DNA of 64,000 nt, from contig JAWXAQ010000036.1 in the NCBI GenBank assembly GCA_034439575.1, positions 32,001-96,000 on the forward strand, given 5' to 3'. Origin of the DNA: Leptospira sp. Lineage in GTDB: Bacteria; Spirochaetota; Leptospiria; Leptospirales; Leptospiraceae. The translations under genes were made by a program, and so were the position numbers. The notes under the pieces were generated by a model. That model searched no databases and was not told where the DNA came from. It saw nothing but the letters and a program-made list of their open reading frames with translations. Shown in pieces: positions 9,564 to 20,000 of this stretch (positions are counted from its first letter, which is position 1; each line of letters opens with the position of its first letter).

Positions 9564-9592
9564 AAAGCCCGGTCCATTGATCGGGCTTTTTT
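9564..9592 (+). terminator. Rho-independent terminator
   Basis: AAAGCCCG-loop-CGGGCTTTTTT after the desaturase stop. Confidence 0.85.
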
Positions 9593-9721
9593 ATTTGTTT
9601 TACTCATTGGTTTTTATATTTTTGTTTTGATTGCCATTTTCATCATAAAAAAGAGATAGTATATATAAAACTCGATTTCAAAAGAGTTAGATCCATTTTT
9701 TCCCTATCTAATTTTAGCATT

Positions 9722-10399
9722 ATGCTTCCAACGAAAAAAATTCTTATCATTGAAGACGAACCAGGAATTCTTGAAACAATTGAAATTGCTTTAAATCAAG
9801 AAGGTTTTCATCCCATTTCGGCAATGACTGGAGGCGAAGGTCTAAAAATTTTATCTTCTGAAATTCAATTAGTTATTTTAGATATTGGTTTACCCGATAA
9901 AAGTGGATTTGAAATATTAAAGGATATTCGTTCAAAACACCAAGTACCTGTTATACTGCTGACGGCACGCGATTCTGAGATTGATAAGGTTTTGGGATTG
10001 GAGTTAGGAGCGGATGACTACGTCGTGAAACCATTTAGCCCGAGAGAACTTATATCACGAATCAAAGCTATATTACGCAGAACTGCGACACAAGAAAAGC
10101 CAATACTATCACCGATCCGAATCAATCTTGAAAAAAAAATCATTCATTATTTTGATAAGATGTTGGCACTTTCACCTTATGAATACAAAACATTAGAATT
10201 ATTTATAAGATATCCAGGTAGGATTTTTACACGAGAAGAAATAATGGACATGGTCTGGACGGAACCAGAGGATAGTTTTGACAGAGCCGTTGACACAGTG
10301 ATAAAAAATATTAGAGCCAGAATGAAAGAAATTAATAATGAATTGGATCCTATCGAAACTCGTCGCGGCTTAGGATATGGTTTAAAAGAAAATTTATGA
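9722..10399 (+). CDS. creB: OmpR-family response regulator CreB
   Basis: Receiver plus winged helix (DRAVDTVIKNIRA, ETRRGLGY); upstream of creC and creD. Confidence 0.85.
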   Translation: MLPTKKILIIEDEPGILETIEIALNQEGFHPISAMTGGEGLKILSSEIQLVILDIGLPDKSGFEILKDIRSKHQVPVILLTARDSEIDKVLGLELGADDYVVKPFSPRELISRIKAILRRTATQEKPILSPIRINLEKKIIHYFDKMLALSPYEYKTLELFIRYPGRIFTREEIMDMVWTEPEDSFDRAVDTVIKNIRARMKEINNELDPIETRRGLGYGLKENL

Positions 10400-11834
10400 A
10401 ATTGTGGATCAGTGTGATGTTCGGTTTTTTTTTGTCCTCGGAGCCGGTTTTTATTATTTAATCAATAATACTGAAGATTCGATTCGTCCGCGTTATATGG
10501 AGACAGTGGAAGAATCTTTGAATGATACAGCTCATCTTCTATCTGCAAGTATAGAAGTCAAATTACCAAAAACAAAAATAAATCCATTAACTTTTAAACG
10601 TATAACTACCGATACATTAGGTCCAATGTTTCAAAATACAGGATCTAGGAGATTTGAGGCAAAGATATATAGTTTAATAAAAAAAGAAGCTGATTTACAA
10701 GCATATGTAACAAATGCCCAAGGAATTGTCATTTTTGATTCGGAAGGGTACCGTGTTGGTCTCGACTATTCAAAGTTTAACGATGTTTATTTAACTCTCA
10801 AAGGAAAATACGGCGCGAGATCAAGTAAGTTGTTGGATCCAAATGAAGAAGGCGCTTTGTTTGTCGCGGCTCCAATTAAATTAAATGAAGTAATCATTGG
10901 CGTATTAACTGTCATCAAACCGAAAATAGGTGTTGTCCCATTCATTCAATTAGCCAAGGAAAAATTTTGGCGGATTAGTTTGATCGTTGCTATATCAATT
11001 GCCATTGTTTTTAGCATACTTGCTTATCTTCTGTTTCGGCCCATTGGAAAATTATCATCCTATGTATCAAGTCTTAGAAACAAAAAAAGAATTCCATTTC
11101 CTAAAATTGGCCTAAAGGAACTTGAACTCTTAGGACAAGAAATGAATACACTTATATCTGAATTGGAAGGTAAAGAATATATTGAAAATTACATTCAAAC
11201 CTTAACTCATGAAATCAAAAGTCCACTATCCTCTATCCTTGCTTCTGCCGAATTGATTAAAAACCAAAATGAGAATTCATCTCGACTCACAAAAAATATT
11301 CAGCGTGAAGGCAAACGCATACAAAATATCATTGAGCATTTGTTAGAACTATCATCCCTTGAAGGCAAAAGATTCATTCAAAAAAATGAAAAAATTGAGT
11401 TATTGAATATGGTAAAGGGAATGATAGATATTTTTTTTACTGAAGCTCAATCTAAGTCCATTCGTATCGAAGCTATTGGAAACGTGACTTATGTTATAGG
11501 GGACAAAAATTATATTGAGATTGCTGTCAAAAACCTGCTCCGCAATTCAATCGATTTTTCTAAACCCGGTGATAATATAAAGATAATTATAAAATCGCAT
11601 GAGCCAAATTATACCGAATTGATTGTGTTAGATGAAGGTCAAAAAATTCCAGAGTATGCATTGGAGAAAGTGACAGAGCGGTTTTATTCTCTTCCACGTC
11701 CCGATACAAAACTAAAAAGTTCTGGTCTGGGTCTCAGTATTGTAAAACAAATCGCAGAATTACATCATGCAAAATTTGAAATCAAAAATCGAGAAGAGTC
11801 CGGAGTAGAAGCAAAATTAACCTTTTTTAACTAA
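10396..11834 (+). CDS. creC: Sensor histidine kinase CreC, with an apparent frameshift in a 9-T tract near the start
   Basis: ETVEESLNDTA, DYSKFNDVYLTLKGKYGARSS and LTHEIKSPL motifs. The natural ATGA-coupled start at 10396 is out of frame with the body; the ORF track uses GTG 10404. Confidence 0.85.
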
Positions 11835-11841
11835 ATAATTT

Positions 11842-11871
11842 ATCCTCACACAATCCTCACAATTCACTCAT
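11842..11871 (+). promoter_or_regulatory. cre-tag-like direct repeats upstream of creD
   Basis: CTCAC-N6-CTCAC-N6-CTCAT at 11845, 11856 and 11867 (11-bp period). The E. coli cre-tag is TTCAC-N6-TTCAC. Confidence 0.7.
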
Positions 11872-11914
11872 AATTTCCACATTCATTGCTCCTAGAATAG
11901 AATTTATTAGGAGA

Positions 11915-13243
11915 ATGAATATGAGTAAATTTCAAACATCAATCAATATTAGATTAATTATTTTGGCAGGAATGGTAATCGCATTTCTGATTCCACTGCA
12001 AATGATTACTTCTTTAATCGAGGAGAGAAGTCTTTCAAGGGACACAGCCTCAGAAGAAATGAGTGAGAAATGGGGCAAGAATCAGAGTATTACAGGTCCA
12101 ATTTTACAAATACCATATAACGTTCGTATACCGAATCCTTTAGCTAAGAACTCAAAAGAAAAGTGGGATTATGTGACGGACTATGCTTATTTTTTGCCGG
12201 ATGAATTGGATTATTCGGCAGAACTTACAACCGAACTTCGAAAGAGGAGCATTTATGAAACTCCGTTATATTTAGCAAAGATCAAAGCAAATGGAAAATT
12301 TTCTGCAATTAGCTCAGAAGAATTTCCTTCAGATACCACTTACATTTATTATGAAGATGCAAAAGTAATTTTTAATATAAGTGATGTAAAGGGATTAGGT
12401 GGTGAAATAAAATTTTTATGGAACGGTAAAAAGAAAAATTTATTACCCGGAACTAAATCGAATGTATTTTTCAGTGGCCTTCACGCACCGATCCACCTAA
12501 ATTCAGATGATTATACTTTTCAAATTGATTTTGATTTGAAAGGATCAGAAAATTTGAATTTTGCACCTATTGGTAAGGTCACAAAAACCAATATCAGTGC
12601 CGATTGGAAAGATCCATCATTTAGCGGCAATATACTCCCCAAGGATAGATCGATCACCGAACAAGGATTTACTGCGATTTGGGAAACGAATTATTTTGGA
12701 AGAAATTATCCGCAAAGTTTTACTTCTCTTGATTCCACAACGGCTGAAATCATTTTGAATTCGGGATCCGGAGTCAATTTAATCCAACCTATAGATTATT
12801 ATCACAAAATCCAAAGAGCTACCAAATATGGGATTTTACTCTTAGTTACTAGCTTTTCCTTATTTTTCTTGATGGAAATTTTTGGCGGAGTGATCTTGCA
12901 TCCGATTCAATATCTTTTGATAGGAAGTGCGATGATAGTTTTTTATATACTAAATCTTTCTTTGTCAGAGCATATTGGTTTTCTATCTGCATACTGTTTG
13001 GCTTCATTGGCTGTCACTGGACTTATCGGGTATTATGCGACAAGTGTATTGAATAGTTCAAAGAAAGGTATGATCACAGGAATTTATTATCTTCTATTGT
13101 ATCTTTTTATCTATATCATACTTTCTTCGGAAGAACATGCATTGTTACTCGGTTCCTTCGCATTGTTTATCGTAGTTGCTTGTTTAATGCACTTCACAAG
13201 AAAAATAGATTGGTATCAATTTGGTAAAAAAAATACGAATTAA
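11915..13243 (+). CDS. creD: Inner membrane protein CreD
   Basis: LIEER...WG..Q.ITGPIL, W.DPSFSG..LP, RATKYG, HPIQYLLIG, LSLSEHIGF, TRKIDWY. Confidence 0.93.
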   Translation: MNMSKFQTSINIRLIILAGMVIAFLIPLQMITSLIEERSLSRDTASEEMSEKWGKNQSITGPILQIPYNVRIPNPLAKNSKEKWDYVTDYAYFLPDELDYSAELTTELRKRSIYETPLYLAKIKANGKFSAISSEEFPSDTTYIYYEDAKVIFNISDVKGLGGEIKFLWNGKKKNLLPGTKSNVFFSGLHAPIHLNSDDYTFQIDFDLKGSENLNFAPIGKVTKTNISADWKDPSFSGNILPKDRSITEQGFTAIWETNYFGRNYPQSFTSLDSTTAEIILNSGSGVNLIQPIDYYHKIQRATKYGILLLVTSFSLFFLMEIFGGVILHPIQYLLIGSAMIVFYILNLSLSEHIGFLSAYCLASLAVTGLIGYYATSVLNSSKKGMITGIYYLLLYLFIYIILSSEEHALLLGSFALFIVVACLMHFTRKIDWYQFGKKNTN

Positions 13244-13266
13244 ACATTGAAGTAAAACTTTGATAT

Positions 13267-13306
13267 CATTTCCAGTGATAGAGATAAAAACTCTATTCTG
13301 GAAATG
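13267..13306. terminator. Hairpin between convergent creD and GNAT genes
   Basis: CATTTCCAG..ATAGAG-loop-CTCTAT.CTGGAAATG. Confidence 0.55.
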
Positions 13307-13343
13307 TTTATGTACTTAACTGTATTTCAATAACGATTCAAAA

Positions 13344-13865
13344 TTATTTTTTATTCCTATCAGATTTTTCCCAATCTTTTCGATTCAATATATGAACAAG
13401 GCATTCATCCTCACCAAACATTCTTATACCGACAGGAATAAATCCCAGTCTCTGATAGAATGTATGAGCTCTAATATTATTTGACAAAGGATCGATAAGG
13501 ACTGCTTTGATGGAAGGATTAGAAAAACAAATTTGTAAGGCATGTTTCATCATCAATGTCCCATAACCTTTGTTTAAAAAGTCTATTTCCCCAATCCATA
13601 TATCTATGGCCCGTATATTCTCTTCCACATCACCCCAGTAATGTGACTCTTCTTCCTTAGGGTCTATGATTTGAATGAAACCTATTGGTTTTTCATTGAC
13701 ACTGGCTATTAACTGATCACGCCAAGGTGGATTTTTTTGTAATTCAGTTTCCCACAACCAGTCATCGTTGGGATCCGAAACAATGACATGCTCTTCATTA
13801 TCCCAACGATTTAATATTTCAAGATCATCGATTGTAGCGTTTCTAAATTTAAGCTGGTACTCCAT
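13344..13865 (-). CDS. GNAT acetyltransferase (AAC(6')-like / siderophore acetyltransferase-like)
   Basis: IGFIQ..., RAIDIWIGE..LNKGYGT, VLIDP..NN.RA..FY..LGF. Start uncertain (13865 or 13874). Confidence 0.8.
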   Translation of the reverse strand: MEYQLKFRNATIDDLEILNRWDNEEHVIVSDPNDDWLWETELQKNPPWRDQLIASVNEKPIGFIQIIDPKEEESHYWGDVEENIRAIDIWIGEIDFLNKGYGTLMMKHALQICFSNPSIKAVLIDPLSNNIRAHTFYQRLGFIPVGIRMFGEDECLVHILNRKDWEKSDRNKK

Positions 13866-15594
13866 TTTCAACATTGACTTCCTGTAATCGAATTAAATTC
13901 CCGCTAACGATAGCTAGTGAATCGATATGGTATTCTTTGTTATAAGACTGCCTAATTTTTTTTCTATCACCATTGGAACGATAAGCCGCTCTCTCCATAA
14001 GATAACTAACAACTAACCTTGCCGCCGATTCCACAACTTCAAAGGCATATTTTTCTCGAAGATTGGTATCAGAAAAACTTTTCCAATTTTCTACCAGGAC
14101 TTCAAAGTTGGTTCGAATTTTCTTTAAAACTGGAGTGGAAGTAAAGTCTTTAGAAAGATGATCTAAATAAGCGCGGAATATACCTGATTGCGACATTCCT
14201 GAGGTAATGCCACCTATGGCAGCATTGACCTGAATTTGTGTGGTTCCATCGTAGATATTTGTGATTCGGGCATCCCGGTACAATCTGGATAAATCATATT
14301 CTTCTGTATATCCGGCACCTCCAAACACTTGTAATGCGTCATAAACCAAATCATTACACGTTTCCGAATTGAAATATTTAGAAATGGGGGTGAGAGTATT
14401 TGCCACTTTTTCCCAAAATTTTGATTCTTTGACTTCGACGCTATTGGGATCTTGGTTTTTAAGATCTTCGGCCCAATAATATTTGTCAACGGAGTAGGCG
14501 GCTTCCACCATTAAACAGCGCATAGCCGAGATTTCCCTTTCCATACGATCAAGTAATTTTTTAACTGCAGGAATTTCAATGATAGGTTTTCCGAATTGGA
14601 TGCGTTCCTTAGCATATTTTGTTGCTTCTTCAAAAGCTGCTGTCGCTATGCCTGTTCCTTGAGAAGATACACTGAGTCTCGCTCCATTGAGCATACCCAT
14701 TACATACTTGACTAAACCATATCCTTCTTTGCCAACTAGGTGTGCTTTGCTATTTTCATAGACCACCTCACAGGTAGCAGATGCTTTGATTCCTAGTTTT
14801 TTTTCAATTCCTTGGATAGAATAATCTTTATTTTCTACTATAAAAAAAGATAATCCTCTCGCTCCACTTTCTTGTGTACCATTTCTCGCTAAAGTGAGAG
14901 TCAATCCAGGTTCACCATTGATACCGCAGGCAACGGTTTGATATCTTTTGGTGCCAGTGATAAACCACTCTTCTCCCTTTTTAATCGCTTTGGTTGTGAC
15001 ATTCGGTAAATCCGAGCCGTAATCTGGTTCAGAAAGACCCATCGTCACACAGTAGTTATTTGCTATAATTTTCGGTATCCATTCATTTTGCATCTCTTCC
15101 GAGGCACATCTTTCTAAGATACTTGCCAGTCCCATGCTTCCTACCGCGATCGTAATAGAACTGTCGGATCTATACATCAATTCGGCAATCATAGCTTTCA
15201 CAATATTTGGAACACCGAGTCCACCAAACTTTCGTTTGAATCCTGCTGGACCAAGGCCTGCTTCGTGATATTTGTGAATCACATCTACCATTGCCTGTGG
15301 GTGTTTAACTTCTCCATTTTCAAAGCTCAAACCTTCCCAATCCACTTCTTGTGCGACTTGCGAAACATACATTCCAGATATCTCACCACAAGATTTTAAG
15401 ATTTCTTCATAGTATGCGATCGCTTCATCGAGATTATTCGGAGCCATTTCCAATTTTGGATTTTTTGTTTGTTCATATGATTTCGCATCAGCGAAGTTAT
15501 GTTCATATGTATTTACAACTTCGTTCCAATCAATCAGTGAATAGAAATGTTCTTTAAGATCTTCATTTGTGCTAAAATAATTACTTTGAATCAT
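13849..15594 (-). CDS. Acyl-CoA dehydrogenase
   Basis: TMGLSEPDYGSDL, EKKLGI, RIQFGKPI, LQVFGGAGY, RDARITNIYDGTTQIQ. Confidence 0.93.
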   Translation of the reverse strand: MIQSNYFSTNEDLKEHFYSLIDWNEVVNTYEHNFADAKSYEQTKNPKLEMAPNNLDEAIAYYEEILKSCGEISGMYVSQVAQEVDWEGLSFENGEVKHPQAMVDVIHKYHEAGLGPAGFKRKFGGLGVPNIVKAMIAELMYRSDSSITIAVGSMGLASILERCASEEMQNEWIPKIIANNYCVTMGLSEPDYGSDLPNVTTKAIKKGEEWFITGTKRYQTVACGINGEPGLTLTLARNGTQESGARGLSFFIVENKDYSIQGIEKKLGIKASATCEVVYENSKAHLVGKEGYGLVKYVMGMLNGARLSVSSQGTGIATAAFEEATKYAKERIQFGKPIIEIPAVKKLLDRMEREISAMRCLMVEAAYSVDKYYWAEDLKNQDPNSVEVKESKFWEKVANTLTPISKYFNSETCNDLVYDALQVFGGAGYTEEYDLSRLYRDARITNIYDGTTQIQVNAAIGGITSGMSQSGIFRAYLDHLSKDFTSTPVLKKIRTNFEVLVENWKSFSDTNLREKYAFEVVESAARLVVSYLMERAAYRSNGDRKKIRQSYNKEYHIDSLAIVSGNLIRLQEVNVENGVPA

Positions 15595-15687
15595 GCTGTA
15601 CCTGTCTTCTTGCTAAAATTGGAATGTATAATCAGAACAGGCGATCAAAAAATTTGTTTCAAAAATAAAATTCCAAACAAAATGAAA

Positions 15688-15709
15688 ATTTAGACCGAAC
15701 GGTCTAAAT
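15688..15709. promoter_or_regulatory. Perfect 10-2-10 palindrome (TetR-type operator or terminator)
   Basis: ATTTAGACCG-AA-CGGTCTAAAT, just after the SRPBCC stop and upstream of the acyl-CoA dehydrogenase. Confidence 0.55.
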
Positions 15710-15712
15710 AAA

Positions 15713-16150
15713 TCATTCCTTAGACTCTGCAAATTTTTTGAAATTCGTTAGGTAGGTCATGGATTGTTTTTTAAACATAGAAGGAAAGATCCAACCAACG
15801 ATTTTCATAAATCCTTTAAATTGAAATTCTTGTTCAGAAATATAGTTAGTTTGATTTTCTGAAATTTCTATAAATTTATTTTTTACGATATTAAATACGC
15901 CTTGTGCTTCATAAGTTCCAGAAAATTCATCGGGTAGATTTCTGACTGTAATCGTTTCGATTAATTCCATTGTCCGTTTGCCCATTTGAAATTTTAATCT
16001 CGATTTAGTTCCTACTTCACCAGTCTTTCCGGAAATAGTTTCAAAACTAATGAGACCTGGCATCCATTCTTTCAAATAGTCAGGATTATCAAAAAGTTCG
16101 ATGACTCGCGTGCGCGGTAAATTGATTGTAATAGAGACTGTGTAGATCAT
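15713..16150 (-). CDS. SRPBCC (polyketide cyclase/START-like) family protein
   Basis: YTVSITINLPR..V..LFDNPD.LKEW.PGL, typical of small SRPBCC proteins. Confidence 0.8.
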   Translation of the reverse strand: MIYTVSITINLPRTRVIELFDNPDYLKEWMPGLISFETISGKTGEVGTKSRLKFQMGKRTMELIETITVRNLPDEFSGTYEAQGVFNIVKNKFIEISENQTNYISEQEFQFKGFMKIVGWIFPSMFKKQSMTYLTNFKKFAESKE

Positions 16151-16241
16151 ATAAATTCCTTTGATTATAATAAGTATTCAAATCCTTAAGATTGACAATC
16201 AAAAAGATAAATATCATTGTCTAAAGGTAGATAGGAGTTTT

Positions 16242-17048
16242 ATGAAAAAATATCTAATTTTATTATTAGTTCTAACAATTGTAAATTGTTCCAGTACACC
16301 AACGGCAAACTTGCCAGTAAAAAGCACAGTCGAAGGAAAAGCTTTAGAATATAAGCTTGATGGCAAAACTTACGAAGGTTATATGGCCGTAGATAAGTCA
16401 ATTAGCGGAAAGAGACCAGGCATTCTTGTCATACATGAATGGTGGGGACTCAATGAATATCCAAAACAAAGAGCAAGACAACTGGCTGATCTTGGTTATA
16501 CGGCATTTGTTATGGATGTCTATGGAAAAGGAATCATTGCGGCAGATCACAATGAAGCAGGCAAATTATCTGGTGCGAACAGCGATTCAAAGGTACTCCT
16601 AAAGAAAATTAGTGAAGCAATGAAAATTCTTAAAGCAGATCCAAGTGTGGATGCAAATCAAATTGGTGCTATAGGTTATTGTTTTGGGGGAATGGGTGTG
16701 ATAGAAATTGCACTTGATGGCCAAAATTTGAAAGGGGGGATTGTATCATTCCATGGTATGCTTGGTAGTAAAAATTTAAGCAGTGGAGCAAAAAAAGTAA
16801 AAACGAAAATGCTCGTTCATCATGGTGCTGATGATCCTTTTATCCCAAAAGATGCTGTCACTAACTTCGTAAAAACATTAGAAGAAGCGAAAGCACCTTT
16901 GAAATTTGTAGCTCACCCAGGTGCCGTACATGGTTTCACTCGACCTGGATCTGAAAAACATGGACTTCCTGGTTTATCGTATAACAAAGACGCAGATTAT
17001 GCATCCTTTGAAAGTATGAAATCATTTTTCGCTGAAAACTTTAAATAG
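16242..17048 (+). CDS. Dienelactone hydrolase-family lipoprotein
   Basis: AGGAG RBS and ATG 16242; lipobox IVNC; HEWWG, GYCFG, HGADD and HGFT motifs. Confidence 0.9.
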   Translation: MKKYLILLLVLTIVNCSSTPTANLPVKSTVEGKALEYKLDGKTYEGYMAVDKSISGKRPGILVIHEWWGLNEYPKQRARQLADLGYTAFVMDVYGKGIIAADHNEAGKLSGANSDSKVLLKKISEAMKILKADPSVDANQIGAIGYCFGGMGVIEIALDGQNLKGGIVSFHGMLGSKNLSSGAKKVKTKMLVHHGADDPFIPKDAVTNFVKTLEEAKAPLKFVAHPGAVHGFTRPGSEKHGLPGLSYNKDADYASFESMKSFFAENFK

Positions 17049-20000
17049 ACGATCGGCAAAATAAATAGTGTCAGAAAACTAGAAGTTACTAAGCCACCAA
17101 TAACAACCGTTGCCAGGGGCCTTTGCACTTCCGCCCCTGGTGATGTACTGATTGCCATAGGTATAAATCCTATCGAAGCTAACAATGCCGTTGTTAATAC
17201 TGGGCGCAGTCGAAGATTTGATGCTTCCAAAACAGCATCAAATGTATTCTTGCCACTAACTTCAAGTTGGCGAACGAATGTCACAAGTACAAGTCCGTTC
17301 AATACCGCTATCCCAAATAAGGCAATAAAGCCGATTCCAGCAGAAATGCTAAACGGCATTTGCCGTAAGCTAAGGGCAAAAATACCACCTGTAACTGCTA
17401 GGGGAACATTCAGAAAAATAATTAAAGATGGCTTCCATGATTGAAAGGCAAGATATAAAATAAAGAGGATGATCATTAGCGTAACGGGAACTACAAAAAT
17501 TAAAGTATTCACCGCCGATTGAAATTTTTGAAATTCGCCACCAAGCTCATAACGATAACCAGGTGGAAAAATAACTTTTTTATCAATGGCTTTTTTAACA
17601 TTTTTAACCGTACTCAGCATATCATTTCCACGGATATTAAATTGAACCAGAGCAATTCTATTTTGATCCTGATGATTAATTTGGACTGGTCCATCTTCAA
17701 TCCGGATGTCGGACAACTCACTTAAAGGTACATTTTGTCCATTTGATAAATTGATTGGCAAGTATTTAATATTTTCAATGATTCCATTTAGATCAGATTT
17801 TAAAACAATATCAAATCTCCGCATACCTTCATAAACGACACCTAACATATGACCAGAAGAAATGGTTTCTACAGCATCATTTACTACTTTGACCGATTGT
17901 CCATATCTTGCTAATTTATTTCTATTTGGTGTTATGCGAAGATACTCCAAACCAGAAAGTTGTTCAATACGTAAATCAGTAACTCCTTTTTCATTTCGTA
18001 TATTTTCAGAAATTGACTCGCCAATTTCTTTTAACTTTTGTAAGTCGTCTCCATAAATTTTGATTCCAACATCCGCGCGAATGCCCGCCATAATTTCATT
18101 GTTTCTCATTTCGATCGGTTGGGAAATGCCAAAGGAAACTTCTGGAACTTGTTCACTTAAAATATTGGAAATTTTTGTTTCCAATTCTTCTTTGCTTTGG
18201 CTCCACTCTTTTCTCGGTTTCAATTCAAGATAAACATCAGTTTTATCTATTCCCATTGGTTCTACCGCTAATTCAGGTGAACCTGTTCTAGATGTGATAC
18301 CTGTAATTTCAGAAATTTGATTTAACAAAAGTTTCTCAATTTTTAGGGATGTATCTATTGAATTCTGTAAAGAAGAAGAAGGAAGTCTTGTAATTTCAAT
18401 GAGTAAGTTTCCTTCATCCAATTTTGGCAAAAACTCACCGCCCATAAAAATAAACATAACAATTGAGCTGACAAAAATAAGAACAGTTGTGACCATTGCT
18501 ACTTTGCTATTAGAAATCATATAATTTAACTTAGGTGAATACCAGGTTAAAATTTTGTGAAAAAATAATGTCTCGTTATGCGAGTTAGCATCAGATTTTA
18601 ATAAATAAGAGGCAAGAACTGGAATAATTGTTAATGTAAGGAAAAAAGCACCGAGTAATGCAAATAACACGGTTGTTGCCATTGGAATAAACATTTTACC
18701 TTCTGTTCCGCCCAATACGAAAATTGGAATGTACACTATGCCGATGATGATTTCACCAAAGATAGTGGCCTTTCTAACTTCAATCGTAGCATTCAAAATG
18801 GTTTCTTGTTTTTCTGATTGTGTTAATTGGCGTCCAAATTCTTTTCCTTTTTCTAACAATCGCCGATGTGAGTTTTCTATTAAAATGACAGCACCATCTA
18901 CGATAAGACCAAAATCTATGGCGCCCATTGACATCAAGTTAGCTGGTAAATCTCTTAAATGCATCATTCCTAAGGCAAAAAGCATCGCCAATGGAATGAT
19001 ACTTGCAATTACTAGTCCTGAGCGAATATCTCCAATCATCACAAACAAAATAATGATAACAAGAATTGCGCCTTCTGATAAATTCCAAATTACTGTTTGA
19101 ATCGAATTGGAAACCATAATCGTACGATCATAGTAAGGAACTATCTTCAGACCAATGGGCAGTGTCTTTTGAATCGATAGGATTTTTTCTTTGACTGCCC
19201 CAGTAACTTCTAATGAATTTTGACCAATTAACATAAGTGTGACGGCACCTACGACTTCGCCTTTTCCATTTGCAGTTGCAGCACCCTTTCTAAGTTTGAA
19301 GCCTTCCTCAATTCTCGCAACGGATTTGATTTGAATAGGGAATCCATCTTTTGTTTGACTAATTTGAATTTTTTGAATGTCCTCTATATTTTTTATTAAG
19401 CCATCACTGCTTATGATCAATTGTTCTTTGTTTTTTTCTAAATACCCACTGCCTGTAGATGAATTATTTTTTACTATAGCTTCTGCTATATCAAGAAATG
19501 ATACACCTAACGAAGACATAGCTTGGTGATTTGCTAAAATTTGAAATTCCTTTGTTTTCCCACCAAAGGTATTCACTTCGACTATACCTGGAACAGTTTT
19601 TAACATTGGATTGATAAGCCAATTGAGGTAGGTAGTTTTTTGAATATGATCAAATTCATCTCCTTCCAATGTGAATTGAAATATTTCACCAAGACCAGTT
19701 GTGATCGGTGCAATTTGTGGCGTTCCAAAATTTTTTGGTATTAGGGAACTAACTTCTTGTAATTTTTCACTGATCAATTGTCTACAATTCAACAAATCTG
19801 ATCCATCTTCAAATACCGCTGTGATTAAGGAAAACCCATACCGTGAGACGGAACGCACTTCAATTAATTTGGGAGTTCCTGATATTGCTCTTTCGACAGG
19901 GTAGGTAATATATTGTTCAATCTCCAATGCAGATAATGATGGTGAGGTGGTGATGATTTGCACTTGGATATTTGTTATATCTGGAACTGCATCAATTTTA

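Noticed and set aside
10404-10424. GTG start (MDQCDVR) for creC from the ORF track
   Set aside because: No RBS and an acidic N-terminus. The ATGA-coupled start at 10396 plus a frameshift explains the gene better.
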